A stretch of DNA of 64,000 nucleotides from Bacteroidota bacterium (lineage in GTDB: Bacteria > Bacteroidota > Bacteroidia > 2-12-FULL-35-15): positions 2,270 through 66,269 of the forward strand of contig JAHEXZ010000017.1 in assembly GCA_023251835.1 (NCBI GenBank), in the 5' to 3' direction. The position numbers and the translations under genes were made by a program. Within the stretch, counting starts at the first letter, position 1. Every line of letters begins with the position of its first letter. This document shows, one piece after another, positions 47,137-55,427 of this stretch. The notes beneath the pieces are model-generated. The model made no database searches. It saw only the letters and a list, made by a program, of their open reading frames with translations, and had not been told where the DNA came from.

Positions 47137-49782
47137 CTATTTTGCTTTTCGGGCTATCTGAAATTCTGTTCTGCGGTTTTTGGCGTGTTCCTCTTCAGAA
47201 CACTCCACAGCATCTGCACACTTGTTTATAAGTTTACTTTCGCCATATCCTTTGCCAGAGATACGATCTTTAGTGATTCCATTTTTTACAATATAATCAA
47301 CAGCAGCCATTGCTCTTTGTTGAGACAGTTTCATATTGTATTCTTTAGAAGAACGAGAATCGGTATGAGAAGAAATTTCGATTACCAGTACCGAATCTCT
47401 CTCCATTAAGTTAATTACTTTATCCAAAATCTTAGCGGCCTCCGGTAATATTTCGTATTTGCCATAATTGTAATACACTTTTTCAACAATTGTCAGGTTT
47501 GTCTTAGCTTCAGAGCCATTGTTTTTCAATTTCATTACTTTTAACCAAGGGTCGTCCACATATACAACTCCCAGCTTAGTTTTTTCACTTGGTAATATTG
47601 AAAACCTAAATACACCTTCATCAATTTTAATCTCTTTCACTACATTATCCTTATTATCAGTCAGAACAATTTTTTTCAGATTTTTCAACTGAGGATCGGT
47701 TTCATCGACAGTAAATAATACATTTTGATCAGCAGGTAAATTTTCAAAATGGAAGGCTCCAAATTTGTCTGTTTTTGCAGACTGGATTATTTCTCCTTTT
47801 TCGTTTACTAAATTAATGGTTGTGTTAGCAATAGGCTTTTTGTTATCTCCAACAAACTTACCTTTGAAATCGATACGTAAGTCCACGTTTGGCACCTCCA
47901 TAAGTTTCAACATGTTTTTATCAGAAGCGAGGAAAGTAAATGTAAAGCTTCCTTTAGCACTGGTATTGGTAGATTGAAGCTCTTTTCCACTTTTGTTAGT
48001 AAGTATAATTCTGGTATTGGCAGGCAGGGAGACATCGTTTTCTTCTACTTTTACCAGATAATTGTTATCCGGTGGTAAATTTGTAAAAACAAAGGAACCA
48101 AATTCATTAGTAATAACAGTTTGCACTATTTTTCCATTTTCATCTACCAGATTGATTTTTGTATTGGACAAGGGTTTTGTTGTACCTTTTCCAACTAATA
48201 AATTGCCAGCCAGGGTAACTCCATCATTAGTGATTTGTGTTGCTTCATTAGGGTTAGCAGGTAAATTCCTAAATACAAATTTTCCACCTGTACCATCACT
48301 ACCTGTTTGGCGAATAAACTTTTCTTTATCGTCAAGAAGATAGTATTTTATTTTGGAATCTGTTGCATTATCTAATTTAACAAGGTACTTTTTTGTGGAT
48401 TCGAGATTTTCGAATTTAAAAAAGCCCATTTCATCAGAAGTTGTGACATCCCAAATTTTTCCATCTTCCGACAAAAGGCTTACATCCTGTTTTTTGAAAG
48501 GCATATTTGTGTTTTGGCCTATTACAATTTTGCCGGCAATAGTGATTTCATTATTGAGCAATGTGAAGCTATATATATCATCAAGGCCTTTACCCCCAGG
48601 TCTGTCAGAAGAAAAATATCCAGATGTATTATCGTCAGAAAATGAAATACCAAAATCATCGGAATAGGAATTTAGTATGGCACCTATATTTTTAATATTG
48701 GAATAATTATCGTTATTTTTTATAGCCGAAAACACGTCCAAACCACCAAATCCGGAATGACCATCTGAAGAAAAGAATAAAGTTCCATCCTTACGGATAT
48801 AAGGGAAAACCTCTTCACCTGCTGTATTCACTGTGTTTCCCATATTCTTTGGTGTTCCCCAGTTTTCACCATCTTTTTCACAAACATAAATATCCATTCC
48901 GCCTTGTCCTCCAGGCATATCGGATGCAAAAAAGAGTTGTTTTCCATCAGCAGAAATGCATGCATGGGCAATAGAAAAATCATCACTATTGTATTGAAAA
49001 GGAATAGGCTTTGACCACTTTTTTTCTTTCAGATTAGAAACATAAAGTTTGGAGCGGTTAACAAAATTTTTATCGCGTTTACCAATTAAATCCACATGCG
49101 TAATCAGCATCATATTTTGTTCTGCATTAAAGCTGACCGGGCCATCGTGAAACTCAGTATTTACAGGATAGGGGAATGGCTCTGCTTTTTTATTTTCACC
49201 AGTCCCTTTTTTTATTTTCGTGAAATAAACGTGAAGGTAGTTGTACTTTTCACTACTCATATTCTGAATTCTGTCAGAAACGAATACTAATTGGTCTTTA
49301 AAAAATACGGGTGAAAATTCAGAGGCTTCAGTATTAATGTCAGAAACGGGGTTGACGTCAACTTGTTTTATTTTTTTTGCCAGTGTTTTAATATCATCAC
49401 ATGATTTTATCAACAGCTCAGTTTTCTTATCATTCGATGCAGCAGCATATAATTTAAACTCTTCTTTTGCTTCATCAAACTTATTGTTACCTTTCAGTAC
49501 AAGTCCATAATACAGGTGATTAAGAGGCTCAATGTTATTTTGCAGCATTAACTTTTCATAATATAATTCAGCCTGTGTATAATCTTTTAGGATACGATAG
49601 GAATTAGCAATTTTTTCGAGTGCTTCAGTATTTTCTCCTTTTTTCAATGCATTTTCATATAGTTTTATTGCTTTTGTATATTCTTTATCATCATAGAATT
49701 TATTGGCTCTGTCAAGCTGAGCAAAAGAAGAAGGAGAGAGCAGGAGAAATAAGACTATTTTTATCAGAGCAACCCTTTTCAT
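47137..49782 (-). CDS. TPR / TolB-like beta-propeller / CarboxypepD_reg-like repeats / OmpA-domain protein
   Basis: Signal MKRVALIKIVLFLLLSPSSFAQ and TPR-like helices. PD40-type blades are present (ISADGKQLFFASDMPGGQGGMDIYV, FSSDRPGGKGLDDIYSF). About 4 repeats of the G.(F)(V/H)F.NLP type follow. The OmpA part reads SHTDSRSSKEYNMKLSQQRA...NRRTEF. Confidence 0.88.
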   Translation of the reverse strand: MKRVALIKIVLFLLLSPSSFAQLDRANKFYDDKEYTKAIKLYENALKKGENTEALEKIANSYRILKDYTQAELYYEKLMLQNNIEPLNHLYYGLVLKGNNKFDEAKEEFKLYAAASNDKKTELLIKSCDDIKTLAKKIKQVDVNPVSDINTEASEFSPVFFKDQLVFVSDRIQNMSSEKYNYLHVYFTKIKKGTGENKKAEPFPYPVNTEFHDGPVSFNAEQNMMLITHVDLIGKRDKNFVNRSKLYVSNLKEKKWSKPIPFQYNSDDFSIAHACISADGKQLFFASDMPGGQGGMDIYVCEKDGENWGTPKNMGNTVNTAGEEVFPYIRKDGTLFFSSDGHSGFGGLDVFSAIKNNDNYSNIKNIGAILNSYSDDFGISFSDDNTSGYFSSDRPGGKGLDDIYSFTLLNNEITIAGKIVIGQNTNMPFKKQDVSLLSEDGKIWDVTTSDEMGFFKFENLESTKKYLVKLDNATDSKIKYYLLDDKEKFIRQTGSDGTGGKFVFRNLPANPNEATQITNDGVTLAGNLLVGKGTTKPLSNTKINLVDENGKIVQTVITNEFGSFVFTNLPPDNNYLVKVEENDVSLPANTRIILTNKSGKELQSTNTSAKGSFTFTFLASDKNMLKLMEVPNVDLRIDFKGKFVGDNKKPIANTTINLVNEKGEIIQSAKTDKFGAFHFENLPADQNVLFTVDETDPQLKNLKKIVLTDNKDNVVKEIKIDEGVFRFSILPSEKTKLGVVYVDDPWLKVMKLKNNGSEAKTNLTIVEKVYYNYGKYEILPEAAKILDKVINLMERDSVLVIEISSHTDSRSSKEYNMKLSQQRAMAAVDYIVKNGITKDRISGKGYGESKLINKCADAVECSEEEHAKNRRTEFQIARKAK

Positions 49783-49821
49783 AAAAATCTATTCAAAAAC
49801 AGTAAACATTACAACAAAAAT

Positions 49822-50790
49822 TTAGAAATAACGCGGTGAAACAAATGGTGGTTTTGACATACTGAAGTCATAACTTAACATTATTTCGTGGGTGCTGCCT
49901 AATTGTCTTGCCGGTTTATTAATGCCAAAATCATAGGCATATCCTATTTTAAATTTATTATTGATATAGAACTGGGTATAAGCCACAATTCCGTATTTTA
50001 TGCGAGCAGAAATTCCCAGCCATAAGCGTTGTTGAAGTAAGAAACTAAGATTAATATCAGCGGTTGGTGGACTGTTCTTCACAGCTTTCAGCATAAAGGA
50101 AGGGTTGAAAATTAATTTTTCGGACAGTTCCCAGGCTTTGCCACCTGTTAAAAAGACATGGTATTCTAACCTTGAAGAATCGATCGTACTTCCTATTGGT
50201 TTTTGAAGGTGCCCCCTATCGAGGTGTGTCATACTAAGACCTGCATACGTAGTATTTGTATAATAGTAAACCCCGGCATCAGCTGTATACGTTATGACGG
50301 TTGAAGGGGCATTGAATTGATCGTTTGCCTCCTCAAAATCATGCTCTCCATAGCTATATTTATATTGATAAATACCTAATCTTAAACCCATGGACAGTTT
50401 ACCTTTTCCAAGTTTTATACGATATGCGTAAGAACCTAATATCCCATTGGTATTCTTAGGCCCTATCCTATCATTTGTAAAAGCAAAACCCAAAGCCACT
50501 TTTCTTTTGCGCATGGGACTATGTACTGTTAGAGAACCTGTTTTCGGAGCGCCATCAAAACCCCACTGATCTCGATAAAACATAGTAGTACTGATTGCTT
50601 CTTTAGCTCCTGCGTAGGCAGGGTTTATTGCCAACTGATTAAACATATACTGACTATACTGAGGGTCTTGTTGAGCAAATATGTTTATTTTTAAGGAGAA
50701 AAAAAACAATAAAGAAAAAGACAATAAAACTATCTCTTTTCTATAATTCCATTGAGGGAGGTAATTTACTTTATTATTTTTTTTTTTCAT
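49822..50790 (-). CDS. PorP/SprF-family type IX secretion system membrane protein
   Basis: The N-terminal hallmark is QQDPQYSQYMFNQLAINPAYAG. Its size and its alternating beta-strand character fit PorP/SprF. Confidence 0.9.
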   Translation of the reverse strand: MKKKNNKVNYLPQWNYRKEIVLLSFSLLFFFSLKINIFAQQDPQYSQYMFNQLAINPAYAGAKEAISTTMFYRDQWGFDGAPKTGSLTVHSPMRKRKVALGFAFTNDRIGPKNTNGILGSYAYRIKLGKGKLSMGLRLGIYQYKYSYGEHDFEEANDQFNAPSTVITYTADAGVYYYTNTTYAGLSMTHLDRGHLQKPIGSTIDSSRLEYHVFLTGGKAWELSEKLIFNPSFMLKAVKNSPPTADINLSFLLQQRLWLGISARIKYGIVAYTQFYINNKFKIGYAYDFGINKPARQLGSTHEIMLSYDFSMSKPPFVSPRYF

Positions 50791-50800
50791 TTAAATAAAC

Positions 50801-51568
50801 TTAACGGATTAATTCAACCCATCCTTTTTTTGGGTCTTTATCGTTTCCTTTTTCTCTTTCAATCAGATAAAAATAAGTAGCAGCGGGGAGTATTCTCTCT
50901 TTATTATCCGTTCCCATCCAAACTACTTCAGTGTTATCATATTTTTCACGTGACCAAACCATGTCACCCCAGCGGTTAAATATGGAAACTTTATTATTTT
51001 TATAATTAGTAATACCCGCTATTATCCATGTTTCATTAATCCCATCATGGTTAACCGTAATTACATGATATGGATCAAGTAAATCATTACACTTAATATT
51101 GTCATCTTCAGTTATCTTTATTTCGTTAGTGACAGTGATGTTATCATCTTTCACATAATATTCATAGGTTCCAGGAGGCAGATTATTAATTTTGAAAACA
51201 GTATCGTATATGCCGTTTCCCCATTTTAAATAAACAATCCCGGTAGCGCTTATCACCTTGAAATATACACTTCCATTGTTAGCACCATCACAAGGAGAAT
51301 TTGATATGACAGGCTTTACAATTAAAGGATTAAGGTCAGGCTGCTGAAAGCCCTGAGTAAGCCATTTAACTGTAGGGAAAGAAGAAGCTGACTCGGTGGT
51401 TACCACAGGTTCGCCTATTGTATAATCGATTGTGCCCCAACCAGGTATTATTCCGGAACTACCAGTAGTGCTTAACACTTGACGCATAGGCGGGTCAGTC
51501 TGCATCTGGGCAGATGCTGAATGTATTACCAGAAGTAAAAAATAAAAAAGTAATAATTTGATTTTCAT
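50801..51568 (-). CDS. small (about 255 aa) protein with T9SS type B C-terminal domain
   Basis: Signal MKIKLLLFYFLLLVIHSASAQ. An SprB-like unit reads CDGANNGSVYFKV...LPPGTYEYYV. The CTD reads ITVNHDGINETW...IFNRWGDMVW...ATYFYLI. Confidence 0.8.
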   Translation of the reverse strand: MKIKLLLFYFLLLVIHSASAQMQTDPPMRQVLSTTGSSGIIPGWGTIDYTIGEPVVTTESASSFPTVKWLTQGFQQPDLNPLIVKPVISNSPCDGANNGSVYFKVISATGIVYLKWGNGIYDTVFKINNLPPGTYEYYVKDDNITVTNEIKITEDDNIKCNDLLDPYHVITVNHDGINETWIIAGITNYKNNKVSIFNRWGDMVWSREKYDNTEVVWMGTDNKERILPAATYFYLIEREKGNDKDPKKGWVELIR

Positions 51569-51632
51569 GCTCGATTTACGAAAATACAAATATATATTGA
51601 TTAGTTAAAGAAAAATATAATTTCAAAGAGGT

Positions 51633-53576
51633 TTATACGCCCTCGCTTAATTCTAACCACCGTAATGACTTTTCGTCAAGCTGCTGAACAATAAAACCAA
51701 TACGTTCACTATATTTTACCATTTCCTGATGATTTTCAATGCCTGCATTCAGTTTATCGGTAATAGCAGTTTTTTCGGCCTCTAACAGCGTAATCTCTTT
51801 TTCAAGTTCCTGAAATTCCAATTTTTCTTTGAAACCAAGCTTTTTCTTTTGGTTGGGTGTTTTGGAAGCAAGCGATGCATCGTTAAGAGCAGTTGATATG
51901 TTTTCCTGGTTGGCTTCAGGCAGATATTTAGAAGCCTGATTCTGAACTGCTTTTGTTTCCCTGACACTTAACTTTGCTTCCTGTTCTTTTTTATCGCGAT
52001 ATTCTGTATAGTTTCCGGGAAAGTCACGAATCATGCCCTCTCCTTCAAATACGAACAAGTGATCAACCATTTTATCCATAAAATAACGATCATGTGTTAC
52101 CACCAGTAAGCAGCCCTGGAAGTTAGTTAAAAAGTCTTCTAATACACTGAGTGTTGCAATATCCAAATCATTGGTAGGTTCATCAAGAATTAAAAAGTTG
52201 GGATTTTTTATAAGTATTGTCATCAGGTATAATCTGCGCCTTTCGCCTCCACTGAGCTTTGAAACAAAGCTATACTGAACCTCAGGGGGAAATAAAAATT
52301 TAGTCAGCAGTGCTGATGCCGAAAGCTTTGAACCATCGGCAAGAGGAATAAATTCCGCAATATCTTTTACAACATCAATTACACGTTTGTCTTCATTAAG
52401 TTTTAAACCCTCCTGTGAATAATAACCGAATATAATAGTTTCACCAGGTGATATATGTCCAGAATCAGGCTTTTCAAGCCCCATTATCATATTTAAGAGA
52501 GTAGATTTTCCTACTCCATTTTTTCCCACAACGCCAATTTTTTCGCCCTTTTTAAAGATGTATGAAAAATCATTGGCAATTTTTGTTTCACCAAAAGCCT
52601 TTTTAACTCTGTTAAATTCAAGTATTTTGCCACCGACACGTGACATTTTTATACCCAGCTCAAGTTTATCTTCTGTTTGTTTACTGAATGCTTTGTTTTT
52701 AATTTCATGAAACGAATCAACTCTGTATTTGGCTTTAGTACCACGTGCTTTAGGCATTTTACGTACCCATTCCAGCTCTCTTCTGTATAAGTTTCTGGCT
52801 TTATCAATTTCACTGTTTTCTATTGCCTCTCTTTCCGCCTTTTTTTCAATAAAATATTGGAAATTACCTTTATAATGAAAGAGTTTACCAGCATCTAACT
52901 CAATAATTTCAGTACATACACTATCTAAAAAATATCGATCGTGAGTTACAAGTAACAGAGTAATATCTCTGGAAACCAAATAATTTTCGAGCCATTCAAT
53001 CATTTCTACATCTAAGTGATTGGTAGGCTCATCAAGTATAAGCAGATGAGGTTCATCAATCAGCACTTTTGCCAGTGCCAGCCTTTTCTTTTGCCCTCCT
53101 GAAAGCGTAGCAATTTTTTTATCGAGGAAAGCAATTTTCAAACGTTGTAGTATTTCATGAACCTTGGCTTCAACAGCCCATGCCTCCAATTTATCCATTT
53201 GTGCATTACATGCTTCCAAACGGCTTGCTGTTTGTTCATTGTATTCTTGTTCAAAATCCACTAATGCTGTTTCGTAATCACGAACAGCGTTCAACACAGG
53301 ATTATCTGTATTATAAACAGCTTCAATTACAGTGATATCAGAATCAAATACAGGATTTTGGTCGAGGTAAGTAACGGTGATATCCTTTCTGAAAGTTATA
53401 GTTCCTTCATCCTGAATTTCTTTTCCGGTGATAATTTTAAGAAGAGTTGATTTTCCGGCACCATTTTTTGCAATCAGGGCAATACGCTGACCCTGGTTAA
53501 GTCCAAAACTTATTCTTTCAAACAGCATTTTGGAGCCATACGATTTTGATACAGATTCTATTGAGAGATAGTTCAA
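51633..53576 (-). CDS. ABC-F family ATPase (Uup-like)
   Basis: Two ABC cassettes (GKNGAGKST, LSGGQKKRLALA / GKNGVGKST, LSGGERRRL) and a C-terminal coiled coil. The start appears to be TTG, since there is no in-frame ATG upstream before a stop. Confidence 0.92.
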   Translation of the reverse strand: MNYLSIESVSKSYGSKMLFERISFGLNQGQRIALIAKNGAGKSTLLKIITGKEIQDEGTITFRKDITVTYLDQNPVFDSDITVIEAVYNTDNPVLNAVRDYETALVDFEQEYNEQTASRLEACNAQMDKLEAWAVEAKVHEILQRLKIAFLDKKIATLSGGQKKRLALAKVLIDEPHLLILDEPTNHLDVEMIEWLENYLVSRDITLLLVTHDRYFLDSVCTEIIELDAGKLFHYKGNFQYFIEKKAEREAIENSEIDKARNLYRRELEWVRKMPKARGTKAKYRVDSFHEIKNKAFSKQTEDKLELGIKMSRVGGKILEFNRVKKAFGETKIANDFSYIFKKGEKIGVVGKNGVGKSTLLNMIMGLEKPDSGHISPGETIIFGYYSQEGLKLNEDKRVIDVVKDIAEFIPLADGSKLSASALLTKFLFPPEVQYSFVSKLSGGERRRLYLMTILIKNPNFLILDEPTNDLDIATLSVLEDFLTNFQGCLLVVTHDRYFMDKMVDHLFVFEGEGMIRDFPGNYTEYRDKKEQEAKLSVRETKAVQNQASKYLPEANQENISTALNDASLASKTPNQKKKLGFKEKLEFQELEKEITLLEAEKTAITDKLNAGIENHQEMVKYSERIGFIVQQLDEKSLRWLELSEGV

Positions 53577-53605
53577 TTTAAAAATATTTAGGGTAAAAAG
53601 GTTAC

Positions 53606-53685
53606 GGATAACGAATGGTTACGAATTTACGAAAAATAGATGTTAGGATAACGAATGGTTACGAATTTACGAAAAACAGGTATTT
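53606..53685. repeat. two direct repeats, period 40 bp, with a 31-bp identical core
   Basis: ggataacgaatggttacgaatttacgaaaaa occurs at 53606-53636 and again at 53646-53676. The internal sub-motif is ttacgaat / aacgaat. Confidence 0.95.
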
Positions 53686-53694
53686 AGATTAAGT

Positions 53695-54405
53695 TCAGGA
53701 ATCCTTTTCTGTATCTTTAGGGACATAATTATAATTGATAGATGAATTTTCGTCAGTGGTTTCTGAATTTTCAAAAGGGTCATAATCGCCACTAACATCT
53801 ATTTTTTCATTTTCTTCATCATCGCCTAAATCATAGGTTCGGTTTGGCGGCCCTTCTTTACGGAAATGGTATGCGGTAATTAAACCAGCCAATGAGCCCA
53901 ACAGGTGAGATTCCCATGACATGCCATTTTTCAAAGGCAATACTCCCCAAATGGTACCACCATATAAAAACACAACAAATAAGGACAAAGCCATAAAGCG
54001 CGTATCTTTTCTAAAGATGCCACTAAAGAATAAAAAAGTTACAAAACCATATATAATGCCACTTGCCCCAATATGATAGGCATCACGACCGATTGCCCAA
54101 ACCCATATTCCAGTCATTAAATAAACCCAGAAAAAAATCTGAAAAGCAATTGAACGATAAAAATATAATATCACAGTTCCTAATATCAATAAAGGAATAG
54201 TGTTAGCCGTCAGATGAGAATAATCAGCATGCAATAAAGGTGAAACAGCAATACCAATTAGACCATGAAACGTTCTGGGAAAAAGCCCATACCATGACAG
54301 ATTCACATTTTCAGCTACTTCAAATAACTTAACACCCCATAATAGTAATACAAACAAACCAGGGTATAAAAGGCTAAAAAATAATTTAGATGTGGTATTG
54401 CGCAT
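53695..54405 (-). CDS. rhomboid-family intramembrane serine protease
   Basis: Six TM segments. HIGASGIIYG is the catalytic GxSG, and SWESHLLGSLAG carries the catalytic His. The C-terminal tail is acidic. Confidence 0.85.
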   Translation of the reverse strand: MRNTTSKLFFSLLYPGLFVLLLWGVKLFEVAENVNLSWYGLFPRTFHGLIGIAVSPLLHADYSHLTANTIPLLILGTVILYFYRSIAFQIFFWVYLMTGIWVWAIGRDAYHIGASGIIYGFVTFLFFSGIFRKDTRFMALSLFVVFLYGGTIWGVLPLKNGMSWESHLLGSLAGLITAYHFRKEGPPNRTYDLGDDEENEKIDVSGDYDPFENSETTDENSSINYNYVPKDTEKDS

Positions 54406-54583
54406 GACCGTTCTTATATACTTTCAGTATAATAATTTAGTACCTATAGACAAGAGAGAACTTATCTATTAATAGTTGCATCAAAGATAAATCTCTCAAT
54501 GTTTATACCATATTCTAATAATGCCATTACGGCATAATTATGTTTAAAACTTATTTATACATTTGCTATTCTTAAATACTCTT

Positions 54584-55129
54584 ATGAGAAAAGTAACCAT
54601 TGTACTATTACTTAGTGTTTTCCTGTTTAATACAGCAGGCTATATTGTTACTTTTAAAATTCTTCAATACCAGGTAAAAAAAGAAATCAAAACAAAAATA
54701 AAGCAACATCTAAACGCTTCTCAGTTAACAACTATAACCATTGGTAAGAAACAACTTAAATCTATTATCTGGGCAGAAAAGGACAGAGAATTTTATTATT
54801 GTGATGAGTTGTATGATATCATTAGAGTTATTGAAGATAGTTCAACTGTTACGTATTATTGTATAAATGATAAAAAGGAAGAAGCTTTATTTGAGAATTT
54901 AGACGCACATATTGACAGATATGTTAGAACAAGTGATTCTTTTAAAAACCGGACAGAAAAAAAGTTGAGTAATCAGATAGTTAAATTATACTTTACAGAT
55001 TCAGTTTTTTTTGTTCCTGATTTTAATTACTCAAGCGTTATTTTTTATTATATACATTTAGTTTATACTCCCGCTTTCATAAAAATAAATTCACCTCCGC
55101 CTGAAATTATTTATACTTCGGCTGAATGA
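54584..55129 (+). CDS. hypothetical membrane-anchored protein
   Basis: One N-terminal TM (MRKVTIVLLLSVFLFNTAGYIV). I recognise no family. The last codons run into the dispersed repeat, so the true 3' end is uncertain. Confidence 0.45.
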   Translation: MRKVTIVLLLSVFLFNTAGYIVTFKILQYQVKKEIKTKIKQHLNASQLTTITIGKKQLKSIIWAEKDREFYYCDELYDIIRVIEDSSTVTYYCINDKKEEALFENLDAHIDRYVRTSDSFKNRTEKKLSNQIVKLYFTDSVFFVPDFNYSSVIFYYIHLVYTPAFIKINSPPPEIIYTSAE

Positions 55130-55217
55130 GTTTGCCAAAAACTGCAAACTCATTCGCTCAGTATTACCGACTCTAACCTGCTTTGCTATCGCAAACCCGG
55201 TAAAGTATTCAGTATAA
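55112..55217 (+). repeat. dispersed double-hairpin repeat, copy C
   Basis: tatacttcggctgaatgagtttgccaaaaactgcaaactcattcgctcagtat + taccgactctaacctgctttgctatcgcaaacccggtaaagtattcagtata. Confidence 0.85.
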
Positions 55218-55275
55218 CTTCCTGTTTTTTTAGAATTAATTTTTAATTACTCTATCGGATATCAAACAAGTCGGT

Positions 55276-55379
55276 TATACTTCGGCTGAATGAGTTCGCA
55301 AAAACCAGCAAACTCACTCGCTCACTATTACTGAATCTAAGTGCCTTTGCTATCACAAATTCAGTAAGATTCGGTATAA
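55276..55379 (+). repeat. dispersed double-hairpin repeat, copy D
   Basis: tatacttcggctgaatgagttcgcaaaaaccagcaaactcactcgctcactat + tactgaatctaagtgcctttgctatcacaaattcagtaagattcggtata. Confidence 0.85.
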
Positions 55380-55427
55380 TATGAATACCAAATGAATTTA
55401 AACACATTATTAATTACAACAAATAGT

